A stretch of DNA of 29,601 nucleotides from Candidatus Hermodarchaeum yapensis (lineage in GTDB: Archaea; Asgardarchaeota; Hermodarchaeia; Hermodarchaeales; Hermodarchaeaceae). The stretch lies in assembly GCA_016840405.1 (NCBI GenBank), contig JAEOSK010000030.1:1-29601 (forward strand), in the 5' to 3' direction. The position numbers and the translations under genes were made by a program. This document shows positions 16,926 to 25,552 of this stretch, piece after piece (positions within the stretch are counted from its first letter, which is position 1; the number at the start of each line of letters is the position of its first letter). The notes under the pieces were generated by a model. The model was not told the origin of the DNA and did not search any database. It saw only the letters and a list, made by a program, of their open reading frames with translations.

Positions 16926-17006
16926 TTACCAGTCCTCTTCGTCTTCATATTCTGTTTCCCATTCTTCGTCTTCGTCGTCTTCAGGTGGATATTTAAACTC
17001 GTACAT
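16926..17006 (-). CDS. 26-aa hyper-acidic micro-protein (MYEFKYPPEDDEDEEWETEYEDEEDW), not in the ORF track
   Basis: Hand translation; SD AGGTGA 6 nt before ATG; TAA followed by a T-tract (A7 at 16899-16905 on the + strand). Confidence 0.7.
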   Translation of the reverse strand: MYEFKYPPEDDEDEEWETEYEDEEDW

Positions 17007-17010
17007 TTCG

Positions 17011-17027
17011 AATCACCTTAGGTGATT
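17011..17027. promoter_or_regulatory. palindrome AATCACCT-T-AGGTGATT overlapping the SD of the acidic micro-ORF
   Basis: Perfect 8-bp inverted repeat with a 1-nt centre. Confidence 0.5.
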
Positions 17028-17151
17028 GGATCTGTGTATGTTCGACCAAGCCTAAACCAACTTCCTTCAGATTCAGACCCCATCGGGTTTCATGCTGTAT
17101 CTAAGGTTTTGTGTTGGCGTTGAACCAAATTCAAGAATAGAAAAGCGGGGA

Positions 17152-17229
17152 TTATTTCTTGCTCTTCTTTTTCTTGGTGGTTGTGGTTCCGGTTTTTTTC
17201 TTGGCTCCGGTTTTCTTTTTCTTGGCCAT
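17152..17229 (-). CDS. 25-aa Lys-rich micro-protein (MAKKKKTGAKKKTGTTTTKKKKSKK), not in the ORF track
   Basis: Hand translation; mixed AAG/AAA codons hold frame; partial SD GGCTGTGAT; CTTAAAT TATA near 17287-17293; T-rich run after TAA. Confidence 0.7.
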   Translation of the reverse strand: MAKKKKTGAKKKTGTTTTKKKKSKK

Positions 17230-17431
17230 AGTAGATCACAGCCTAGTTGCCTTCTTCAAATGAAACAAATCAAAATTGTTAGTGAAATTTAAGCGAATTA
17301 GATATCTTAGATTTCTGAAAAAAGGGATAATACTATCGTTATCTCTTAGATTTGGACAATTTTCTCTTATTTCATCATTTTAAATGAATTATAGCGGGTT
17401 TTCGATGAATCAAAGCATTTTGTTGTTTTAT

Positions 17432-18283
17432 TTAGGTGTCACATAATTGAAGCCGTTTATGCACTCGATGTACCGCTGATGCAACTCGTATCAATCCACG
17501 CTGAATATCTACGCCTAGCTCTTCTTTGAAGAATTTTGACTGCCAGCGTAGTAAAAGTAGCTGTTGACGAATACGTTTGAATCGTTTCAAATATTGGGTG
17601 ATTGGTTTATTCTCAGTTGAAGGCGGTCCGCATTCCGAATAGAGTATACGACAAGCATTGACTAATCGCTGAACCCGTTTTTCGAACATTTTGTGAATCA
17701 GAGTCTCTAGTTTCTCATCGAGAATTGAAGTATCGAGTTCAAGTCGTGAAGCATATTGCGTTGGTGATCCAAGTTCTACTAAACGGAAAATAAATTGGCT
17801 TGGACGTAAGAGGACCTTCTGATAGAGCTGAAACCTTCCTGTCCGAATTTGAGGTGCAAGTACAATACCAGGTCTAATACGAACGAGAGGAGTGCGTGTG
17901 AATAATCGGGATAGTTGCTTTCGCTTAAACTCGCTTTTGAATGGTTTGTAGAGGATCAGTACAAATCGTTGTAGTAATGTTGATGCCACTTTTGTGGTTT
18001 TTCGAGGTTTTTTAGTGGAATCACGTCGAGGTGTTAAAACAAGCACACCAGATTCATTGGGGAGCTGGAGAGGCCATTGAAGAGTATTATGTCTTTTTGC
18101 AGCATAGAGACCAGGTCGAAGGTTAACGATTTCATTAGATGTGTTGGGAAAAGTGAGTTGGGCAAGGTTTGGACTTAGATAATAACAAGCGTAGCCTTTG
18201 AGTTGGTGAGGTTCGAGTGAAGGTAGCTCCGCTGGTTTCTCAGTTCTGAGGAACGTTGCATCTTTCGTATGTATTGATGTCAT
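17432..18283 (-). CDS. basic protein with a PaaX-central/ChrB-N-like domain (putative nucleic-acid-binding regulator)
   Basis: FVLILYKP...KRKQLSR...LVRIRPGIVLAP resembles the Cas2-like beta-alpha-beta module of PaaX/ChrB, followed by a long helical C-terminus. Recognised by eye only. Confidence 0.5.
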   Translation of the reverse strand: MTSIHTKDATFLRTEKPAELPSLEPHQLKGYACYYLSPNLAQLTFPNTSNEIVNLRPGLYAAKRHNTLQWPLQLPNESGVLVLTPRRDSTKKPRKTTKVASTLLQRFVLILYKPFKSEFKRKQLSRLFTRTPLVRIRPGIVLAPQIRTGRFQLYQKVLLRPSQFIFRLVELGSPTQYASRLELDTSILDEKLETLIHKMFEKRVQRLVNACRILYSECGPPSTENKPITQYLKRFKRIRQQLLLLRWQSKFFKEELGVDIQRGLIRVASAVHRVHKRLQLCDT

Positions 18284-18400
18284 CGAGGTTTGAAAAAGTA
18301 CAAAGTTGATTATTTTGACCTGAATTCAGCTCTTATATTACCTTTTCCTACTAGGTGGTTCTGGTCCATGTGTTTCGAGATATGCTTGTTTGAATGATTT

Positions 18401-21316
18401 TTACATTGATCGAACGGTGAGGTAGAAGTATTCGGTTTGGGTGTGGATTCCGTCTACGAGGATGCGTAGTTCGAGGATAAAGGTTACGAGGAGTACTCCA
18501 CTGTCGAGGCTTTTGGCGTATAGGGTGATGGTTCCGCCGGTCATGTCTTGGGAGTACATGGTGAGTTGGCTGATGTTGTAGAGGTAGATGTCGTTATCGA
18601 GGATGGGAGTCACGTTGCTACTGTGGTAGTAGATGTCGAAGCTGGTGCTGTAGCTAGCGAGCTGGATGGTTACATCACTTGTGGTGGTGTTTCCGTTCTT
18701 TACTAGATAACTGATTTCAGCCGTTTCACCGACGTTAATGTCGAAGGGGTCGAGGCTGGTTTCAACGAAGTCTACGCCTGTGACTGTCTGGTTGTAGCCG
18801 AAGAAGAATTGGGCATAGGTTTCAGCGACGGTGGGTGCATAGGCGACTTGGTTGATGTTTTCGGCATCGACCATGCCTACGAATGTGAGTGTTTCTACAA
18901 GGGATTCCCCGGGTACTTCAGCGTAGACAGGGAAGAGGTAAACTAGTCGTCCACTTAGAGGAACGAGGAGTCGATTCCCAATTCGATAGGGCTGGATTAG
19001 GACGAGATCGGATCGTGCTTGTTGTTCGAAGCTTTCGACAGCAGCGTCAACACCAAACACTGGACTTGTGGGGGTTTGAGTGACGGGATCATAGGTTCCT
19101 GCACGGGCGAAGATTCCCGTGCCTACTTCAGGTCCATTGTTGAAGAGGTAGAAGCCTGCCATTTTTTGTGCTTCGTGGCGGACATATCGAGCAGCCTGGT
19201 ATCCGACCCAGCGGAGTGAGCCGTTGATGGGAAACAGGACATAGTGGATGTCGGGTTGGTGTTCGGGTTTTTCGAAGAAGTCGGCATAGCTGCGCCATAC
19301 CCATGGCTCAGTGACGTGATAGTAGAAATCAACGTCAAGTTGGGCGTCGATGAGGTCTTCGGGGTAGCGGAGTTGGTCCAGCATCCATGTGGGTGGGTCA
19401 ATCCACGGGTACCAGTTTTCGTAGAGGGCTTCGATGAAGAATTCGGAGGGATTAGCATTGGGATTACGGACCCACAGGATTTCTCCATCAGCACAGTTTA
19501 CCACTGCGAAACCCAATAACCGGAGGTAGGGGGATTGAGCGTATTGTAACTGTAGTGAATATCCGCTGAAAATGGGGACACAGTAGTAGGCTTCTCCATT
19601 GATGCGGTCAAAGATGAGGTAAGGATCGTGATCCGTGAACAGGTAGGGGAGAAGGATTCCCTGGACGCGGTCTTGGATGCTTCGTTGCATGAGAATGTTT
19701 GCGGTAGGTTCGTTGAAGGCAAGCCATGTGAAACTGAGATCTTCGATAGACCATACGATTTTCTTGAGAGCAAGTTCATTTCCAGTGAGGATGTAGTCTG
19801 GTTCGCCTTCCCAGCCGTAGGATCCGGTTTCGGGGGCAATGGCAGTATCGACGAGGACAAAGCCCTCGTAGCCATCATAGTAGTTTCCGGGTGGCGATTC
19901 GCCATAGTATATTGGGAAGTTGGAATTGGTTCCAAAGATACTTTGGAATTGTCCGGCGGTGAGAAATTCTCCGGTAGCACTGCTAGCATCAAGGGCGGTA
20001 GCTCCTTCAGCATGTGTGTAAAGAATGTACTCTTTATGGAAGTCATCGCGACTGGGTGGTGCCAGCGAATAGGGAGCAATCCAGTATTCGCGGCCTCCAA
20101 CAAATACGATGTCACTATCTGCAAGGGTCATCCAGTTGGATATGGTTTGGCTCCGCATTTTGTTACTACTTGCCGTGAAGTCCCAGAGTCGGGCATGTCC
20201 AACAATTTCTCCATCGGATACACCGGAATTATTGACGAGTTGTCCGAAGGGAACTTCGCTAATATCAGGTCCGCCCGCCCAGTTGGTGAATTCTAATTCT
20301 TTCGTCATGAGGGGGTCCCAGTGCCAGGATTCCCACATTTGACCTTGAATAGGTCCTGCCACGAGGTAGCCGGTGAAGATGGCGGGGATAATGAGGATGC
20401 CAAGGGTAACGATTGCTAGAATCCCTATGACTTTACGATTCAGGCGCGGAATTTCGCCTGCGCGGCCATAGCGTCCGATGACGGTGGCTCCGAAGGAGAT
20501 GGCACACAGTGTGCAGGTGAAGATGAAGAGGATTAGAAGGTGGAGGACGTAAAATTGTGTTCCGACATCGACTTCTATGTAGGGGACTCCCAGGAGGAAC
20601 CAGAGGATGCCAATGACGGCAAGGAAGGAAACAGAAGCGATGACTCGGACTTCGGGTCGACGGGTGGATGGTCCAATTCGAGCGAAGTAGTGGATGAGAT
20701 CGAATACGACGCGTACTCCGATGACGATTAAAAAGAGGCTCATGAACGTGAAGAAAATAGTGTATTGAACCTCAATAGTGGCAACAAGGTTAGATACAAC
20801 TTCAGTTGGAACCATAGGGTTAAAGATGAGGAGGAGGGCCTCTCCGATTTGGCTCCAGTTTCCTACCCCTGAGGCGGATGACTGAAAGAGTAAGGCTAGT
20901 AATCGCATGTTTTCGAGGAAGATAAATGTCAGTACTAGATAGGATCCAAAGAAGAGTAGGATTTTCCATCCAGCCACTATGTAGAAGCTAGGATAGCGGC
21001 GGCTGCTGATTCGATCACTCATCCAAATAAGGTTTAACGTCTTTGATTCATGGGGTAGTCCAGCAAGGGCGATGATTAGAGCCATGGGAATGGCTACCAT
21101 GAAGAGAAGTCCATTGAATGTGAAGGTTGCCCACCATGAGACTCCTGCTTTGTTGATGTACATGACATCTAGCATCTTCCAGTCTAGGAGGAGGTTTTGA
21201 ACTCCAAACACACCAGCGAGGATTATCCCAATGATGATGAGTATTCCAATTGCGACTGTTATGATTTTACGCCGAGATTCTGTTATCTGAAGAATTCGGC
21301 GAGGTTCATAATTCAA
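18401..21316 (-). CDS. UPF0182 (COG1615) family membrane protein
   Basis: About 7 N-terminal TMs; ARLWD, YTHAEG, IYYGE, DHDPY, LRYPEDL and GN-x-L-xx-P motifs; SD AGGTGA before TTG. Confidence 0.88.
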   Translation of the reverse strand: MNYEPRRILQITESRRKIITVAIGILIIIGIILAGVFGVQNLLLDWKMLDVMYINKAGVSWWATFTFNGLLFMVAIPMALIIALAGLPHESKTLNLIWMSDRISSRRYPSFYIVAGWKILLFFGSYLVLTFIFLENMRLLALLFQSSASGVGNWSQIGEALLLIFNPMVPTEVVSNLVATIEVQYTIFFTFMSLFLIVIGVRVVFDLIHYFARIGPSTRRPEVRVIASVSFLAVIGILWFLLGVPYIEVDVGTQFYVLHLLILFIFTCTLCAISFGATVIGRYGRAGEIPRLNRKVIGILAIVTLGILIIPAIFTGYLVAGPIQGQMWESWHWDPLMTKELEFTNWAGGPDISEVPFGQLVNNSGVSDGEIVGHARLWDFTASSNKMRSQTISNWMTLADSDIVFVGGREYWIAPYSLAPPSRDDFHKEYILYTHAEGATALDASSATGEFLTAGQFQSIFGTNSNFPIYYGESPPGNYYDGYEGFVLVDTAIAPETGSYGWEGEPDYILTGNELALKKIVWSIEDLSFTWLAFNEPTANILMQRSIQDRVQGILLPYLFTDHDPYLIFDRINGEAYYCVPIFSGYSLQLQYAQSPYLRLLGFAVVNCADGEILWVRNPNANPSEFFIEALYENWYPWIDPPTWMLDQLRYPEDLIDAQLDVDFYYHVTEPWVWRSYADFFEKPEHQPDIHYVLFPINGSLRWVGYQAARYVRHEAQKMAGFYLFNNGPEVGTGIFARAGTYDPVTQTPTSPVFGVDAAVESFEQQARSDLVLIQPYRIGNRLLVPLSGRLVYLFPVYAEVPGESLVETLTFVGMVDAENINQVAYAPTVAETYAQFFFGYNQTVTGVDFVETSLDPFDINVGETAEISYLVKNGNTTTSDVTIQLASYSTSFDIYYHSSNVTPILDNDIYLYNISQLTMYSQDMTGGTITLYAKSLDSGVLLVTFILELRILVDGIHTQTEYFYLTVRSM

Positions 21317-21486
21317 AAATTGTCACCTTTCTGTTGAATCTAACCGGATAAGCCCGAATGGGCGTCTTCCTATAATAATGCCTTGAAAATACAGGTTTAA
21401 GACCTTTGAGACTAGCGGGTGGAGCTGATGTTTGCAAAAGGGTTAAGTTCCCCTTGTTCATAACCTTCCAGCAGCAGGCGAGAATA

Positions 21487-22311
21487 ATGAGGCAAAAACT
21501 CGTGGTGTCTGTTTCAGGGAAAGGTGGTACCGGAAAAACCACTATCACCACCCTACTCCTTCGCGCACTTCTTCATCATACCAAGCATGCGCTCCTCTTA
21601 GTGGATGCTGACCCAGTGATGAATTTGCCTGCCATGTTAAACATTAATATTGAGACCTCTGTGGGAGAAGCAGCAACTCAATTGCGTGAAGATATTGATG
21701 CAGGCGCAATTTCTGCTGGAACCTCTAAGCAGGATCGCTTGGAAGGTGAAGTCTATGAAGCCTTAGTCGAGGGGGAGGAGTTCGATTTCCTTGCCATGGG
21801 TCGCACCGAAGGCGAGGGGTGCTACTGTTTCGTTAACCGGGTTCTTACCCATATCCTTGACACCATTACAGCAAATTATGATGTGACACTCCTGGACATG
21901 GATGCGGGTCTCGAACACTTCAGCCGACGAACTGACCGCAATGTCGATGTTCTCCTCATTGTGATTGACCCGTCCAGGATGTCCTTCGATGCGGCGGTCA
22001 GAATTCGCGACCTCGCCAAAGAAGTCCATATTGAATTCAAACGTATCTGGGTCATTGCAAATCGGTTCCCTCCTTCACTCATCAAAGATAGTTCAGACGA
22101 TTTGGAACGACGATTAAACGATGCAGGTCTTGAGCTTGCAGGGATTGTCCCTGCAGATGACCAAATCGCTGAATTTAATTTAAAAGGCAAGTCCTTGTTG
22201 GATTTACCTGACAACCACCCAGCTGTGAGAACCGTAGACGATATTGCTAAACGAATAGGATTATTGAGTGAAGAACGGCTCCTAGAACTACTCGGACGGA
22301 CACCAGCTTAG
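21487..22311 (+). CDS. cooC: CooC/AcsF-type nickel-insertion ATPase (MinD family)
   Basis: SGKGGTGKT, VDADP, MGR-x-EGEGCYC, DMDAGLEHFSRRT. Confidence 0.9.
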   Translation: MRQKLVVSVSGKGGTGKTTITTLLLRALLHHTKHALLLVDADPVMNLPAMLNINIETSVGEAATQLREDIDAGAISAGTSKQDRLEGEVYEALVEGEEFDFLAMGRTEGEGCYCFVNRVLTHILDTITANYDVTLLDMDAGLEHFSRRTDRNVDVLLIVIDPSRMSFDAAVRIRDLAKEVHIEFKRIWVIANRFPPSLIKDSSDDLERRLNDAGLELAGIVPADDQIAEFNLKGKSLLDLPDNHPAVRTVDDIAKRIGLLSEERLLELLGRTPA

Positions 22312-22412
22312 AATTCAAATAGATTTCAGAAATAACACAAGTCTTTTCTAAAGGTTTAGGGGAGGAATGAATGGGTGATATTGAGGTTAATCCTCACTGG
22401 TGGGAGTCCATA

Positions 22413-23315
22413 ATGGTATCCGAAGTTTTTCTTATCAAAGGTGAAAACCGGAAGAACGCGATTGCGAGCCTTCTGGCTCAATACAAACTTGATCAGTTCA
22501 AAGGTAAACAGGTTGCATTCAAAACGAACTACAACAGCGCAGATCCATTTCCAGCGCAAACGCATCCTGCCACTGTCAAATTCATTGTGAAAGAATTACA
22601 AACGGCTGGTGCAAAAGAAATCATCATAGGTGAACGGAGTGGAATGGCAAACACACAAGATGTCCTTGTTCAGAGTGGTGTTATTGAACTAGCCAAGAAA
22701 CTGAAAATTGATGTGCAAATTTTTAATGACTTACCTTTCGCGGGTTGGATTCATATTGATCTTGAAGGATCACATTGGAATCGAGGCTTTCTCTTTGCGC
22801 GGTTATACATTGATGCGGATATAGTTGTTCAGACGTGTTGCCTGAAAACGCATCGATTTGGTGGTCATTTCACAATGTCGTTGAAGAATGCGGTCGGAAT
22901 GATCGCCCGGTATCATCCTCAAGATGGGTATGATTTTATGAATGAACTGCATGGGTCTCCCCATCAACGCGAGATGATTGCTGAGATTAATACCGCTTAT
23001 GAACCGACTCTTATTGTGATGGACGCTGTGAAAGCTTTTGTTAAGGGTGGACCGGCTGGTGGTGAAGAAGTGACGCCGAACCTCTTCTTGGCAGCAAAGG
23101 ACCGTATAGCTTTGGATGCCGTAGGCGTTGCACTCCTTCGCCATTATGGGACAACTAAAGAAGTTGATAGGGGACCCATTTTTGAACAGGCTCAACTAGC
23201 ACGGGCGATTGAGCTAGGTTTGGGGGCAACATCTCTCAGAGACATCAAACTAGTTCCGCTAGATGATGATGCAGAGGCAGTGGCTGAGGATATCGTCGCT
23301 CAATTTGCCAAATAA
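22413..23315 (+). CDS. DUF362 family protein
   Basis: KTNYNSADPFP, GERSG, CLKTHRFGGHFTMSLKN-x-VG, ELH, MDA...GGP, DRIALDAVG; SD GGGAG before ATG 22413. Confidence 0.88.
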   Translation: MVSEVFLIKGENRKNAIASLLAQYKLDQFKGKQVAFKTNYNSADPFPAQTHPATVKFIVKELQTAGAKEIIIGERSGMANTQDVLVQSGVIELAKKLKIDVQIFNDLPFAGWIHIDLEGSHWNRGFLFARLYIDADIVVQTCCLKTHRFGGHFTMSLKNAVGMIARYHPQDGYDFMNELHGSPHQREMIAEINTAYEPTLIVMDAVKAFVKGGPAGGEEVTPNLFLAAKDRIALDAVGVALLRHYGTTKEVDRGPIFEQAQLARAIELGLGATSLRDIKLVPLDDDAEAVAEDIVAQFAK

Positions 23316-23352
23316 GTGATTTCCATTCCTAAACGAGAATCATTACACTTGA

Positions 23353-24018
23353 TTAATCGAATTCCTTCTTTTGTAGGCGAATTGATCGTAAGAGTTCGAT
23401 GACCTCTGTTTCTGAGACATCGTACCAGTCTTCATATGCGTCTGCAACTGCAAAAACATATCCCGAACCGATATGGGGACAAATTAGATCGTCCACCTCA
23501 TCGCGTATCAGTGATACTGCACTTGCTGAAGCTGTTGGAACAGCCACTAGGATTTTACGAGGAGTTAGATTTCTTACGGACTGGATGGCTGCCAGCATGG
23601 TATATCCTGAAGCTAACCCATCATCCACTAAAACGACAATTTTTCCTTCAGGTGAATAATGTCCAACTAACCCCCCGTATCCTTGTTTACGGTTATCGAT
23701 TTGAGCTCGTGTATACTCGACCACTGAATCAATTTGGTCTTGGTTCAATCCAATCCGGGCAACCAAGGGCTTGTTTAAGATAATTGTACCAAGGGATGTG
23801 ATGGCCCCGAATCCTGCTTCGGGATTGTAGGGAATCTGCAGTTTACGCACGATGAGTAGGTCTAATTTAGCTCCCAAGGCTTTGGCAATAGGAGCTGCAA
23901 CTGCAAGCCCTCCGTTAGGAATGGCCAGAACCAGTGGCGTGCCTTCAAGTTTTCGTGTTTGAAGTTCGTGGGATAGCACGCGACCTGCTTCTTCACGATC
24001 TACATACGATGCAGTCAT
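23353..24018 (-). CDS. phosphoribosyltransferase family protein (COG1926-like)
   Basis: DREEAG, LAIPNGG, IVRKL, PRPP motif VLVDDGLASGYT, VAVP. Confidence 0.9.
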   Translation of the reverse strand: MTASYVDREEAGRVLSHELQTRKLEGTPLVLAIPNGGLAVAAPIAKALGAKLDLLIVRKLQIPYNPEAGFGAITSLGTIILNKPLVARIGLNQDQIDSVVEYTRAQIDNRKQGYGGLVGHYSPEGKIVVLVDDGLASGYTMLAAIQSVRNLTPRKILVAVPTASASAVSLIRDEVDDLICPHIGSGYVFAVADAYEDWYDVSETEVIELLRSIRLQKKEFD

Positions 24019-24179
24019 GGAAGATCACCAAGTCGAGAAAGCTTCACGTGCAGAGTATAAGGCGTTGTTGGATAAATAGGCTAGAGAAGTCAATGAAATA
24101 TTCTCGTAACAGAGCTTTTTTGAAGGACAATGACATTTGATGAATAAGTATATACTCTGATTATTTACGGAGTGTGAAG

Positions 24180-25322
24180 ATGTTGGAAGTTCGTAAAGTT
24201 ATGCGATTGGGCATGAGCTCGCTGGTTGTATCCGTTCCTAAAGAATGGGCTGACAAATATGCGCTCGATAGTGAGAGCCGCCTGGTACTCATACCCCAAT
24301 CCGATGGAAGCATAGCCCTCTATCCTCAAACAATCCCACGGGAAAAACCTCGAACTATTGCGTTGAAAACAAGACCGGATTATCCTCCAGGACTTTTGGA
24401 ACGCCAGATGGTTGCGGCATATCTAACTGATTTTGATGAAATCCACATTCAATCTGAGGGTGTTATTTCCTCCGAGCAACGTGAACGACTCCGCAATTAT
24501 CTCCGCCTATTAACAGGATATCAGATAATGGAATCGAGCTCGAGTCATTTACTCATCTTGAATGTAGCCAGCGTTTCAGAAATGGATGTTGAACGGGCCC
24601 TTTACCGGGCTCATACAATCTCCGTCTCTATGTTGAAAGATGCTCTGAAAGCTCTGCAGAACCGGGATTCCAATATGGCTCGAACCGTCATTGGTCTTGA
24701 AGAGGATGTTAACCAATTTTACTATCTTGTTAACAAACAGCTCCGTCGAGCAATTCTCGATCCAAACATCATGAGTAGAATCAACATTACAGCCATAGAC
24801 GCACTAAATTATTCAATGGTTCTCCATGCAATTCATAATGCTGCAGAAGCTTCCAAAGCTATTGCAAATGCTGTCCTCACTCTGGGCGATCATGATTGCC
24901 CCAAGGATATTCTCAAGTTGACTCTTCGAAATGGTCAATTTGCTACGCGACTTTTCGAAGATGCTATGAAAGCCTTCCTCACCCGAAACGATAAACTAGC
25001 TAATGAAGTGATGACTCAGGGTGGCACATGCCCGCCTATGCGACAACAGGCAGAGAGACTAATGGAGCGCCACCTTGTCACTATTTGTGAGGACATGCTT
25101 CCCAACCTAACACCAGAATCCTGTGCACTGTTTGGACCACGACAAGTTGCCCTCATTGTGCTTGAACAGGTCTTCCAAAGTAACAGCGCCATTGCTACCG
25201 CAGCGTCAACTATCTCTGAAAGAGCGATTTGGCGATCACTTGAGACTCAACAGCTACCTGAAAGAGCTGAACCCTCAAAGCTAAAGAGAAAACCAAAAAC
25301 AAAAGCTAAATCGAAAGGTTAA
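24180..25322 (+). CDS. phoU: archaeal phosphate-uptake regulator, AbrB-PhoU fusion
   Basis: RKVMRLGMSSLVVSVPKEW AbrB-type N-terminus, AAYL-x-D-F-DEI, EEDVNQFY PhoU helical repeats. Confidence 0.85.
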   Translation: MLEVRKVMRLGMSSLVVSVPKEWADKYALDSESRLVLIPQSDGSIALYPQTIPREKPRTIALKTRPDYPPGLLERQMVAAYLTDFDEIHIQSEGVISSEQRERLRNYLRLLTGYQIMESSSSHLLILNVASVSEMDVERALYRAHTISVSMLKDALKALQNRDSNMARTVIGLEEDVNQFYYLVNKQLRRAILDPNIMSRINITAIDALNYSMVLHAIHNAAEASKAIANAVLTLGDHDCPKDILKLTLRNGQFATRLFEDAMKAFLTRNDKLANEVMTQGGTCPPMRQQAERLMERHLVTICEDMLPNLTPESCALFGPRQVALIVLEQVFQSNSAIATAASTISERAIWRSLETQQLPERAEPSKLKRKPKTKAKSKG

Positions 25323-25552
25323 AAAAAAGAAGTAGCCTACAACTATTTTTCTAACTTTTTTCAATTTGACTCTGCATGTTGCCTTTCTAATATGCCATTA
25401 TATACTAGTCTTTCCTTAATAATTAGATATATTGTCATATGTCAAGTCTTCTCGTTCAAAGTGTTAAAGACTTATATATATCGATTGTATATATGATATT
25501 GTAAGGTCGGTTTCAAAAATTAACTGAAATCAGCCTTTTGGTGACGATAACA

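Noticed and set aside
16834-17292. + strand track ORFs 16834-17025 (Ser-rich) and 17092-17292 (Phe/Leu/Gly-rich)
   Set aside because: Their composition is the antisense reading of the Glu/Asp and Lys codons of the two micro-ORFs; no SD support.
18889-20731. Long antisense or alternate-frame ORFs over UPF0182 (and over the KaiC-like and 616-aa genes)
   Set aside because: Expected shadows from strong C-ending codon bias; no recognisable motifs.
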